This document shows, piece by piece, positions 14,811 to 26,858 of a stretch of DNA of 64,000 bases. Position 1 is the stretch's first letter. Each line of letters begins with the position of its first letter. A program made the translations under genes and the position numbers. Below the pieces are notes generated by a model. It saw only the letters and a list, made by a program, of their open reading frames with translations, did not search any database and was not told the DNA's origin. Source of the stretch: Octopus vulgaris (lineage: Eukaryota); assembly GCA_951406725.2 (NCBI GenBank), contig OX597828.1, forward strand, positions 68,758,001-68,822,000. The letters are read 5' to 3'.

Positions 14811-15364
14811 GAGTGAGAGAGCAGTGCATGCCATCAAAGTGACACTGGGGTAAAATATATGAAGCCCAGTATACCCATCATGACTACCCGTCTGATAAGG
14901 GTACACTAGGCACATGCATCACAACCATATGTGCGCGACATGGTGATCTCATATCAAGATAAACAGCACATGACCTTGCAGGTGGGGCCCAGTTAGAATT
15001 TTCTTCTGGTCGAGTAGCCCATCCCACTCAAAAGGTCCCTGAATAAGGGTTGTTTAAGGATGTTGAATGAAACGCCCATGTTTCCAGAGGTGAATTATTC
15101 TAACCCCAAAGAATCCCTCTCAACACATGGCTATGATGCTTCCCCACTACTTCTGCTCATGATCAGAGATGCACATATCGTCAGCCACAAAGGGACATGC
15201 TCAACTGGTTAAGGTCAAACAACTGACAAGCAAATATGTGGTATTGAGCAGAATGTTTGCTGTAGGCCATCTTTTATACCGAGACAAAACATTGTACATG
15301 ATAACACTTCCAATCAGTTAAGTTCAGAAGCCATAAGAGCCACTGCCTGGTACTGCATCAGGGC

Positions 15365-15368
<4 letters not shown>
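14811..15368. mobile_element. About 560-bp non-coding element embedded between (ATT)n arrays, probable microsatellite-targeted retroposon
   Basis: Complex sequence sharply bounded by ATT repeats on both sides; no ORF. Confidence 0.5.
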
Positions 15369-15413
<45 letters not shown>

Positions 15414-15440
15414 ATAATTATTATTATTATTATTATTATA

Positions 15441-15482
<42 letters not shown>

Positions 15483-15502
15483 ATAATTATTATTATTATC
15501 AT

Positions 15503-15535
<33 letters not shown>

Positions 15536-15996
15536 ATATGTACATATAGCTGTACACACGCGCACACACACACACACACACATATATAAGAAAATAGAGA
15601 TAAATCAATTAATAATTATGCTTATTAATTACAAAAAATAAACATAATCTCTGACACCTGTTTCGATTTAAACCTTAGAGATTAATTAAAATAATTAAAT
15701 CATTATAAAGTTGAATCTCGTCGGAAGTAAAAAAAAAAGTATATACCGTTACAATTTTGTATTCTCGTGTGTTAAGTGTACGGAGCATATCAGCTGAGTA
15801 TTATTATATGGAAAAACATGGTATAAACCTTATAATGGGGGAAAGGTAGAATGTTTAGAGAAGTAAGTATAAAAATAATATAATATGCACTGGGCAAACA
15901 TTAAAAGTATAAAAAGAAGGAAAATATAGTAATAAACCGTATATTTAAGTATCAAATAAATGTAGGAGTAAAAGTATTTATAAGAATTTAAGTAAT

Positions 15997-16405
15997 AGGC
16001 GCAGGAGTGGCTGTGTGGTAAGTAGCTTGTTTACCAACCACATGGTCCCGGGTTCAGTCCCAGTGCGTGGCACCTTGAGCAAGTGTCTTCTACTATAGCC
16101 TCGGGCCGACCAAAGCCTTGTGAGTGGATTTGGTAGACGGAAACTGAAAGAAGCCCGTCGTATGTGTGTGTATGTGTGTGTTCGTGTGTTTGTGTTTGTC
16201 ATCCCCCCCCCAACATCGCTTGACAACCGATGCTGGTGTGTTTATGTCCCCGTTACTTAGCGGTTCGGCAAAAGAGACCGATAGAATAAGTACTAGGCTT
16301 ACAAAAGAATAAGTCCCGGGGTCGAGTTGCTCGATTAAAGGCGGTGCTCCAGCATGGCAACAGTCAAATGACTGAAACAAGTAAAAGAGCAAAAGAGTAA
16401 AAGAA
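15997..16405 (+). mobile_element. SINE-B, full length
   Basis: AGGCGCAGGAGTGGCTGTGTGGTAAG A-box, GGTTCAGTCCC B-box, ACCTTG.GCAAGT core, internal microsatellite, (GTAAAAGA)n tail. Confidence 0.9.
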
Positions 16406-18560
16406 TATGTTCTGTGTTCTGATTAGTCATTAAAAAGTCGTGGTTTATTAATTAAGCTTACGTCGATTCCTCCGTTGTGTTGTTTTGCATTTATAGCGAA
16501 ATAAATTTATACAAATTATAAAAAATAATACTAAAAATATACAGTACTGTTTCTACTTTGCGGATTTTGGAACGTAACACCTGCGATAGTCGAGGAATTA
16601 CTGTATACTGATGAGTCTCAGTTAAGAACTGACAAGTTGAGATACCCACATATGCTTAAGTGGGAAAGTGTTTGAGAGGGATTTGATGTGACACTGACTT
16701 TGTCACTCAAGTCAGGAAATATGGCAATACCGAAGAGTTCTCTCTGAAGCATATGCTTTCGCACATAACTTCAAAGAGTATCACGTAAGATTTTCTCGTT
16801 CTGAAGTATATGAACAGTTGAGTTATGAAGTTTATATTTTGGGTGTGTCACGGAATTGAACATATGGTGGGTGGTGGCGTGTGTTGTTCAAAAGAGAGGA
16901 GAATACCTTCCTGATATTCGAACGCGCCTCCAGAAAACCGATCCAAAACTGGGTTAGATATACTCACCCAGGTTACAGCAGAGGAACCTAAACAAAATTC
17001 CGGATCTTATAAAATTCTCAAATGGACACCAACTGCATGTTATGCTGAAAGTTAAAAGGCTTTGTCGATACAGATGTGGTTGCACCAGCCTCTTTTGTAC
17101 ACTTTTGTACACGAAAAGCAAGAGGTTTAAGATTGGAAATACCAATTCGTTAGCTTGTTCTCTTCATGTAACCTCCGTTATTCAATCAACGGAACTAATT
17201 AATGGATTATAGACTGAGTATGTCAGACACGTGTATCCTTAATGTTATCTTCAAACAAACTCAGTGTCAGACTGAATTACAGGTAAAATCTATTTGATGT
17301 GTTTTCACACAATTTCCCTCAAATTCATTTCTCATTAAAGTTCGAACAATCAGAGGCTATAGTTTAATTCACTTACCCCAGGCGCTACGGTCATACCTTC
17401 GTTCTTTACCTTTATTAACTCGACCAGTCACTCTCTGTTGCAGTCACTTACGAGAAGACAGTTTTCAACGATGCTCTGATACCCAATGGGACATAGCACA
17501 TTATTCTAAGCAGTTAAAACGGTAAATATTTTAATTGTTAATTAATTAAAATATTTTCAATCAAATGCTTAGACAATTACGTTTTTGACTTCAATCACGT
17601 AATTTGTAAAGTCCGTTGTTCTTGAAATAAAAAATCTTACAAAATCACGTTATTTTTTGTTTTTAGCTTAAAAACCTCTTTATAGGTGCGTTTCTCTTAT
17701 AGTGAAAAAATTTATAAAATGTCTTATAGAAATGTGTTTCAATCGAAATTATTAGAGCCATAGTAATTGGAACAATGCAGCGGTTTACTCAAAGGCAAGT
17801 ATTGTCTTGTTAAACTGTAATTACACGCCACAAATATTTTACATGAACTAAACAAAATTTACTGAAATCCTTTCCTGTTTTCCTTTTCTTGTATTCATTC
17901 ATTCCTATTACTTTCAGGAATTTTCTTGTCTTCGTCTTCCTTTCTGTCTTCCTGCATTTCAATCGCCCGTTTACCTTTAAACAGTTTTTTTCTCTTTTAA
18001 ATGTGTATTTTGTTTGCATATCTGTATAAAAAACATGAAATGACTTTTTAAAACCAGAAATCCACCACCACCACCACCACCACCAACAACAACAATAAAA
18101 ATATAAAAACAAAAATCCACACAATTTAAAGCACAACACACAGATGCGCAAATATAGGCTAACACACATTCCCAGCCAGAAGATAAAAGATATCACGTGT
18201 TTATGAAAGCCATAATTCAATAATTCACCATGAATAATAAACAGTGCTAGAATATGTTAGTTGAATTTAAGCACGTCTGGTGTCCCGGACAAAATTATTT
18301 CGTATTAAGTTAAATAGCGGACAGTGCCAACATTTACAACGAAAAAGCAGTCCAAATGAACTTAATTCCTCTTTCGACTAGCCTTAATTATCTCCAACTG
18401 ATTACCAAAAGATGCCTTAATAAGCATAAAATATTTTCTTTAAAATAATATATTATCAATATGTTTTCTATTATATCTGTTAATTTTAATATTGATGTTT
18501 TTTTTCCTTAATTTCTTCAATATCTGTTTTCTTTTCTGAAAACTATGGACGTGTGAAATA

Positions 18561-18926
18561 TCTCTCTCTATATATAAACGGCAACATGTCTGCGTGCGTG
18601 TCCTTTATACAAATCCACAATTTTTCAGTTAGAGGGCTGGCACTTTCTGTGGTCATTCAAAACCGTCCAAGGGTGGTTGTGCACATCTTTACATTTCCCT
18701 AGTCACCCCGCAAAGCCATTAAAAAATCAATAGAAGTGACGTTTTTGAGAATTTTCTATCCAAAACCCAATCAAAATGCCCGAAACTTGATACGCCAATT
18801 GAATGCCAGCTAGCTGTATGTGATTGGTTGGAGATTTGGACAGTACTCGCGTGTATGTGTGCACGCACGCAGCTGTATATGCATGCACTAGCACTATGAC
18901 CCAGCGTTGCCGGGTCATAGTGCTAG
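18561..18926 (+). mobile_element. Non-autonomous Helitron-like element, copy 2
   Basis: A|TC...CCCAGCGTTGCCGGG...CTAG|T; highly similar to 12374-12743. Confidence 0.8.
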
Positions 18927-19061
18927 TTTAGAATAAAAATTGTAATAAATAAAATAATATCAAATAAACAGCACATAAACAATTTAAAATATACATAAGA
19001 ATAGAAATTCTTATATATGTATGTGTATATATACGTATGTGTATGGATATGGATATGCATG

Positions 19062-19100
<39 letters not shown>

Positions 19101-19732
19101 TTGTGTGTATGCGTACGTGTGTGTATACGTATATATAAGTATATGTGTGTCTGTGTGTGTGAGTGGGTGCATTGTTTTGAATATTCGACAAAGCTCCAGT
19201 TCTCTTTTGTCAACATAGCAGACATATTTTTGGCGTGGGACAATAAAGTTTTCAAATTCGTCTTTATGAATTGTTGTAAGCTATCTGAATCTCATCTTTA
19301 GGATGTGGAGTGATGTTTGTCTTCTGTGTTGCTCTTTTTATAGAGGGTGGTTAATGATTAAATAGACTTTCCCGCCAGAGTATGGGCATTATAGTTTTAG
19401 AGTCCTACATCGCCGTATTTGCATTTGTGACATATGTTGTATATTAATTGTAGCTTTGTATTGCTTCCCTTATCACTCGACTATTTCTGTGGGAAATTTT
19501 GTAAAATATGGACGTACTTTCCGTTAATGTTTTCCTACCTGAATTTGTTTGATACTATGCAGTTGCACATTGGTTTGAATGCAGGGTAAACCTACGGAAA
19601 GCACGGTGTGTTTGTCTGCTTAAGGTAACAGTTGTAATTGTGAAGTTTGTAACTTTCACTCTTACAGTCGAATTTATGTTTGCATATTTGTAGTGTATTG
19701 GGATAATAATGAAGTTTCTGATATAATTAACA

Positions 19733-20062
19733 AAACCGTTAGATTCACTTCAACATTTAAATTTAATTTGTCAAAATATTTTCGTCGCTTTGAGACCGCG
19801 ACCTCTTCACTGACAAAACTTTGTGCTGACAAAACTTCGTGCTGACAAAACTTCCTGCAGCAAGAAGCTTTGTCAGTGAACAGGTAGCGGTCTCAAAGCG
19901 ACGAAAATATTTTGACAAATTAAATTTAAATATTGAAGTGAATCTAACGGTTTTGTGTGTTTCTTAAATGGCTTATAAACACCTTCCACGCTGCAATTGT
20001 TTTCGTTCCAGCACACGATCTCAGATCAAGTCACTCGCTATGCAAGTACATCTCCGTAATTC
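19733..20062. repeat. Palindromic Penelope-pLTR-like element (about 90-bp arms)
   Basis: AAAACCGTTAGATTCACTTCAA...TTGAAGTGAATCTAACGGTTTT; same family at 60995-61335 and 63205-63735. Confidence 0.8.
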
Positions 20063-20255
20063 TGATATAATGTTTTTTTTTATAATATGCTTCTGGTGTC
20101 AGATTATATTTTGGTGTAACACATTTTCTGTTTCGTTTTCTAAGATATTCTATTACAAGTTCACCTGACATGCATTTCGTTCGTATAATACACATTTGTT
20201 TATTCTTAGTAAGAGTACAGTCTAATGTATTCCTTTCACTACATTTCTGTCTATG

Positions 20256-20293
20256 TGGAGGCGCAATGGCCCAGTGGTTAGGGCAGCGGACTC

Positions 20294-20325
<32 letters not shown>

Positions 20326-21060
20326 CTGTGTTCGACCCCCAACATCGCTTGACAACCGATGCTGGTATGTTTACGTCCCCGTAACTTAACGGTTCGGCAA
20401 AAAGAGACCGATAGAATAAGTACTAGGCTTACAACGAATAAGTCCTGGGGTCGATTTGCTCGACTAAAGGCGGAACTTATTTTATCGATTCTGAGAGGTA
20501 AAGTCAAATTCAGCAGAATTTGAACTCAGAACTTAAAGATAGATGAAATGCCTCTAAGTTGCTTTGTCCAGCGTGCTATCAGTTCTGCCAGCTCGCTGCC
20601 TTACAACTAATTAACAACTAATTAATATATTTCTATTGTTTCGATTCCCAGACCGGGCGTTGTGAGTGTTTATTGAGCGAAAACACCTAAAGCTCCATGA
20701 GGCTCCGGCAGGGGGTGGTGAAACCTGCTGTACTCTTTCACCACAACTTTCTCTCACTCTTTCTTCCTGTTTCTGTTGTACCTGTATTTCAAAGGGCCAG
20801 CCTTGTCACCTTCTGTGTCACGCTGAATTTACCCGAGAACTACATTAAGGGTCCATGTGTCTGTGGAGTGCTCAGCCACTTGCACGTTAATAAATGAGTT
20901 GCGACGTCATTGGTGCCAAGCTGTATCGGCCTTTGACTTTCCCTTTGGATAACATCGGTGGCGTGGAGAGGAGAAGCCAGTATGCATGGGCGACTGCTGG
21001 TCTTTCAAAAACAACCTTGCCCAGACTTGTGCCTGGAAGGGTAACTTTCTAGGTGCAATC
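20256..21060 (+). mobile_element. SINE-C (tRNA-like head) interrupted by a SINE-B 3' half and a minus-strand SINE-A
   Basis: Head GGAGGCGCAATGGCCCAGTGGTTAGGGCAGCGGACTCG at 20256 resumes as TTTCGATTCCCAGACCGGGCG at about 20639; SINE-B tail 20335-20472 and SINE-A 20476-20603 lie between. Confidence 0.7.
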
Positions 21061-21064
21061 TAGG

Positions 21065-22100
21065 GGGTCGCAACACATTTCTGTCTATATTCAATAGTAA
21101 CTTAGTGTACTTGTCTGTTTGAATGTCCTTTGTTAATTAGCGTTTGCTTTAACCTGGGAGTTTCTTCCTCCATGGTTTTGGAAGAAACTGTATGCCCTTC
21201 AAAGTAATAATTTTATTACGGACAATTTGTAGTAATATGGGCATTTTCTATCTCCGTGTAATTATTTGCATTTGTTTGTGTCATTTGTCTAAACTGACTT
21301 CTTTTTCCTATTGTTTTTAATCTTAACGTTTATCTATAAATGCAGTCGTATTAATATTGTTTTGGGTATTTAATTTTTGTAGCGGGTTGTCTACACCCTT
21401 TTTAATTTCTTTATATTTTCTGATGTATCTATTGCAAGAAATATATCCACGATTCTAGCGTATATTTTATGGTTATTTTTAAGTGTAATTTTGTTTTCTC
21501 GTGTGACTTGACAGACTGTTGTGAAGATGGGGCAAAGACGAAAACTCATACTTACAGAACGCTTTCGTTTATATAATTTGTCACGTGGGCAGTAAAACGT
21601 TACAGTTCTTTTTAAACTTTTCTGGTATCATATGTGGTTTTATTTTTGGGGAATTTGTATAAATTATACATTTTTTTGTTCCTGCTATTGGAATATTAGT
21701 GAAAATACTTTCTATGTCTAGAGGATAGATGGTACTTATTTCATTTATCTCTTCTGAAATATCTAGAAATTCTTTCGCTAACCGGACACTGTAATTTTCT
21801 GCGGCATAACGTTTTGATAATATTATCTATTTTTACGATTGTTTGAGTGTGAGTGTATTCATTTGAAATATGGTTCGAAGGGATCTGTTTTGTTTGTATT
21901 TTTACTGTTACATATATATGTGTTGCGTTGAATTCTCGTTCGATGTGAGAAAAGTACTTATTTGTGCGTTTGTCACTGAAATTATTTAATAAAATGTTTA
22001 CTTAATTGCTGTTGTATTTTTTATATTTGTAAAATTGTTTTTAACTAAGTAAATTATTGGTTGTTGCAATATTTTCGTCTCTACGATTGCGAACAATTGA
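21065..22100 (-). mobile_element. Decayed Penelope-like retroelement RT fragment
   Basis: Minus strand 21721-21683 reads LDIESIFTNIPIA (Penelope SLD.ESLFTN.P motif); PLR-like motif near 21885; many stops. Confidence 0.6.
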
Positions 22101-22930
22101 CATTACTCTATGGACTCGAGCATCCGATGTATAAATATCGATAAAATGAATGCCAGACTAAGTACTAGGAGGATGTAATTGACCAAAAGTCTTTGAAGGC
22201 CGAGAATATCATGGCTGCAGTCGAGTGACAGAAATCAGTAAAAGAATAGAAATGGCAGGAAATAAAATGAAGGAACGATCGTATATCTGCTGAAGGGCAT
22301 GTGATAAAATCAGAAAATCTGTTTTTAAAACCTACTTGACGAAACTTTGACGTTTCATCCCTCGGGGCGATCGTGAAAGATAAACAAAAGAGCGAAACAT
22401 AAGGAAAATACTGGATTTCATTTAGCTGACGTCTATTCGCTATCTTGAAATTACCGCTCGAAGGAAAATAACTTGTTGAAATTTCTTGAGTTCAAATCCA
22501 ATTTTGCTTTTTATACAGATTTCTCATCTCCTGAAGGATCGCAAAGAGAAACATAACAAGCAGTATACTGGAGATTATTCCCGAACTATATTTTACATAT
22601 TGTAAACATGTAATATGTGATCCAATGAACTTGGATTCATGCAATGGCTTTGCAGTGTCACATCCAGGAGAACATTTGCCTATCGACAATTTAATTCCAC
22701 AAAGATATTGATTGTAATCAGTTCTCGTGAATTATTCGGCATAGTGTGTCATATTAAAATAATTGACTTGTCTCTTAATGACAGAACAATTCATTATCCG
22801 TTATGCAATCACGATTTTGGAGAAACAAATCAGGTAAATGTGGAAAGTGTCAGACAATTTAATTTCATCATTATATGAGTTCGAAACCTGCTTCAGGATC
22901 GAATTTCTCTTTCATCTTGCCAAAGCCATT

Positions 22931-23035
<105 letters not shown>

Positions 23036-23074
23036 CACATATGTATATACATATATATTTATATATATATATAT

Positions 23075-23231
23075 AGGATGGCTGTGTGGTAAGTAGCTTG
23101 CTTACCAACCACATGGTTCCGGGTTCAGTCCCACTGCGTGGCATCTTGGGCAAGTGTTTCTACTATAGCTTTGGGCCGACCAAAGCCTTGTGAGTGGTTT
23201 TGGTTGACGGAAACAGAAAGAAGCTCGTCGT
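23075..23231 (+). mobile_element. SINE-B 5' half
   Basis: Matches 16008-16160; ends in an expanded (TA)n. Confidence 0.85.
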
Positions 23232-23272
23232 ATATATGTATATATATATATATATATCTTTACATATGCATG

Positions 23273-23310
<38 letters not shown>

Positions 23311-23417
23311 CATGTATATATGTATATATATATATATGTATAAATATATCTATTTATATATGTACATATATATATATTATATACATATGTATTCCTATAT
23401 ATGTATATATATATATT

Positions 23418-23478
<61 letters not shown>

Positions 23479-23486
<8 letters not shown>

Positions 23487-23763
23487 ATCACGTGACCGAC
23501 CAGACCATCAGATGTTGTTACACATCGCTGGTCACAATGCGTTCGCATTGTTTTAGCCTTCGAATGACGCCACCCCGCTGGCTAAGCGAGCAGGCCAACA
23601 GAAGAAAGAGTGGGAGAAAGTTGTGGCGAAAGAGTACAGCAGGGATCACTACCCCCTGCCGGAGCCTCGTGGAGCTTTTAGGTGTTTTCGCTCAATAAAC
23701 ATTCACAACGCCCGGTCTGGGAATCGAAACCGCGATCCTGCGACCGTGAGTCCGCTGCCCTAA
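23479..23763 (-). mobile_element. SINE-C
   Basis: Reverse complement of 56080-56357; ends in TCACGTGATCACGTGA. Confidence 0.85.
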
Positions 23764-23807
23764 CATATATATATGTTATACATATATATATATATGTATA
23801 ATTAGAA

Positions 23808-24586
23808 AGTTTTCAATGGTACAACAATGCACTATAATACAGACAGTGGGCTATATACCTGTTGTAATTTAGTCATCTATAGTCTGATATGATATTTCGG
23901 AATTATATTCCTTCTTCAGATATTCTTAGATGGAGTCGCTGCTATAATCGGTTTTCCAACGGCTTTTCTTTATAATTGTTTTTTCTTTGGAAGCGTCTCA
24001 GCAGTGGTCTCACGATGCTCCTTCCGGAATTCCTCATGAGAGTCGTGTGAGGTCGGCCATGCCTCAATCTCGTGCTTGCTGGTACATCCGTAGAACGCCT
24101 TCTAAGTTACGCATTATACGTGCAGCTTTCGTTTTCTCCTTTCTTTTTTTTTCTCTTCGCTTCTTGTGTTTTTGTTTTTGTTACAAACTACAGATGAGCA
24201 TGTTATCAAAAATGAAACTACTTATAACAAAATAAAAAAAATACCACAAAAGAATAGAAGAGAAAAAAAAAGAAGGGAAAAAAGGAAGCTGCGCGTATAA
24301 TACGTAAATTAGAAGCAGCGCTACGGATGTACCAGCATGCACGAGACCTCACACACTTCTCGTGAGGAATTCCGGAGGGGCATCGTGAGACCACTGCTGA
24401 GACGCCTCCAAAAAGAAATAAAAAAGAAGAGCCGTTGGAAAACCGATTATAGCAGCGACTCCATCTAAGAATATCTGAAGAAGGAATATTATTCCGAAAT
24501 ATCATATCAGACTATCGATGACTAAATTACAACAGGTAAATAGCCCATTGTTTGTATTATAGTGCATTGTTGTACCACTCAAAACT
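23808..24586. repeat. Long imperfect inverted repeat (about 330-bp arms, about 110-bp spacer)
   Basis: 23808-24150 is the reverse complement of 24262-24586. Confidence 0.85.
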
Positions 24587-24639
24587 CTTTATTCTTTACA
24601 AACAATACACAATGCTTCAAGCGAACTCACAATACTCTT

Positions 24640-24687
<48 letters not shown>

Positions 24688-24742
24688 GAAAGTTGATATA
24701 TATATGATACTCTCGTATATATATATTCATATATGTATTCAT

Positions 24743-24774
<32 letters not shown>

Positions 24775-24776
24775 TC

Positions 24777-24821
<45 letters not shown>

Positions 24822-24824
<3 letters not shown>

Positions 24825-25010
24825 AGAAATTCACAAAAAAAACACCAAAGACGAAGACAGGTGTGGACGACAAAAAGATAACGCTCGGGAAGTGAAAAAG
24901 TCTTTAACGTTTCGAGCCTACGCTCTTCCACAGAAAGGAACACAGAAAGAAGCAAGGAGAGAAAATAAAGAATGTGTAGTATCTAGCGATCTATCATGGT
25001 GAATGCCGGA
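24822..25010. repeat. Dispersed short repeat family (copies near 28940-29125, 35715-35905 and 55822-56030)
   Basis: AAAGACGAAGACAGGTG...ACGTTTCGAGCCTACGCTCTTC..CAGAAAG; the opposite strand has a hammerhead-like CTG..GAAGAGC-GTAG-GCTC-GAAAC. Confidence 0.7.
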
Positions 25011-25438
25011 CAGAAGGGTCACACAGGAGAGCTAGGAAGAAGAGGAGAAAATAAAGTAGTGGTGATCACAAACGAAGGTGTGCGTGTGTGTGTATAAGAG
25101 AGTTTGTATGTGCGTGTTGAAGAGGGCTGGTCACCTTGACGTGTGCGTGTGTGTATGTGTAGGTGGGAAAAATGTGGGGTTGGGAAAAGGTCAGTGCTGG
25201 TGTGTTGTAATGTGATGTGTTGTGTGGTATGGTGGTGTATGGTGTAGTGGTGCGTGGTGTGGTGTGATGGTGTTGGGAGTGAGAAAGCCAGAGTGGGGGT
25301 GGGGGTTAGGCTGAGGGTTGGGGTAGAGGTGGCGGTATGTGGGAGTGCGTGTAAGTATGTGGTGGGTTGGGATCGGAAGGGTAGGAAAGGTGGGGTTGGA
25401 ATGTGTAGGGGTGAGGTGGGTTAACGAGAGAGGAGGTG

Positions 25439-25492
<54 letters not shown>

Positions 25493-25555
25493 TAATATAT
25501 TTATGCATATATATCTATATTCATATACATATATATTCATATAAATTCATATATA

Positions 25556-25622
<67 letters not shown>

Positions 25623-25816
25623 TTATTCATATATATGTGTGTGTGTGTGTGTGTGTGTTTTCGGTGAGAATGGTTTTGTTAAGCGGTGTCGAGTTTTACA
25701 ATTCTGTAAATAATAGTAATGTTATTTTATATTTTATAAGTTTAAAGCTTATAGCGATCACCATGCAAATGACTAAGGAAAATAGTCTAACAACAGGGCA
25801 TATAAAGTAGGCTTTT

Positions 25817-25856
<40 letters not shown>

Positions 25857-26012
25857 GTTTATATATTTGTTGTGCAAGATTTTTTTATGTGAAGTCGTGT
25901 GTTGAAACAGATATTGTTATATTTCGAATGGTCATTTTGCCAATTTAGCCAATAAAAACAAAATGGCTGACGGTTAGTAAGGAGAGACACAAATAAGAAA
26001 GAAGAAAGCAAA

Positions 26013-26057
26013 GGACCACTGATGAGGTCACAGAAGTGTGACGAAAGAACTCCGGCC
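26013..26057 (+). ncRNA. Degenerate hammerhead motif inside an inverted-repeat element (25910-26180)
   Basis: CTGATGA-g-gtcaca-gaag-tgtgac-GAAA-gaac-TC; relatives near 42634 and 58848. Confidence 0.5.
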
Positions 26058-26171
26058 GAAACAAGATTAAGATTAATGTAAAAAATAAATAACACTGAAG
26101 CAAAGTAACACCAAATATATAGTGCGTGTGTTTTTATTGGCTAAACTGGCAAAATGACCATTCCGAAATAT

Positions 26172-26244
<73 letters not shown>

Positions 26245-26500
26245 CATAATTGTTAAGGAGGGCAACAAACGTTAAGGCAAGGCAAACATGTCAAGTCGTA
26301 TTTATTATTATTATATTTGGAAAAAATTCAAAGTCTTACAGCTGTTTCTGGGATATCCCAGAGTATAGGAATATACTATTTCGGAAATCTGCAATGGCTC
26401 CCTAACGACCGGCTCGACTCTATCCTTGGCGCCCTTGTAATCCGTTACAGCACTTACATAGCGTACTTAATCGTTTGGATCGCCTGTGAACTAAACTCCC

Positions 26501-26542
<42 letters not shown>

Positions 26543-26849
26543 TGTGTGTGCGCGCGCGCGTGTGCATATATATATATATATATATAATAAGCACCCCACA
26601 ATTCAATTGACTGTATTCATAATGCCTGAACTTTTTATCTGTACCTATACAAACTATTTTCATTACACCCTTTGCTTTCCAAATAGCAAAGATTCGCTAT
26701 TTAAAGGCTAATGTATTTGGTGAATGAACAATGTTTCTATAGACTTGAGAAATGTTTATTTTGTCAAATATATTTCTTTTGTAAAGTTATTTTGGATTGT
26801 TCAATTCATAAATGTTTTTTTTTATTTTCTAATCTTTTATGGCTGTCAG

Positions 26850-26858
26850 GGACAACGG
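26850..26858 (+). CDS. Micro-exon 2 (9 nt, GGACAACGG = G-Q-R)
   Basis: ttttattttctaatcttttatggctgtcAG|GGACAACGG|GTAAGT; CTAAT branch-point-like motif upstream. Confidence 0.75.
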
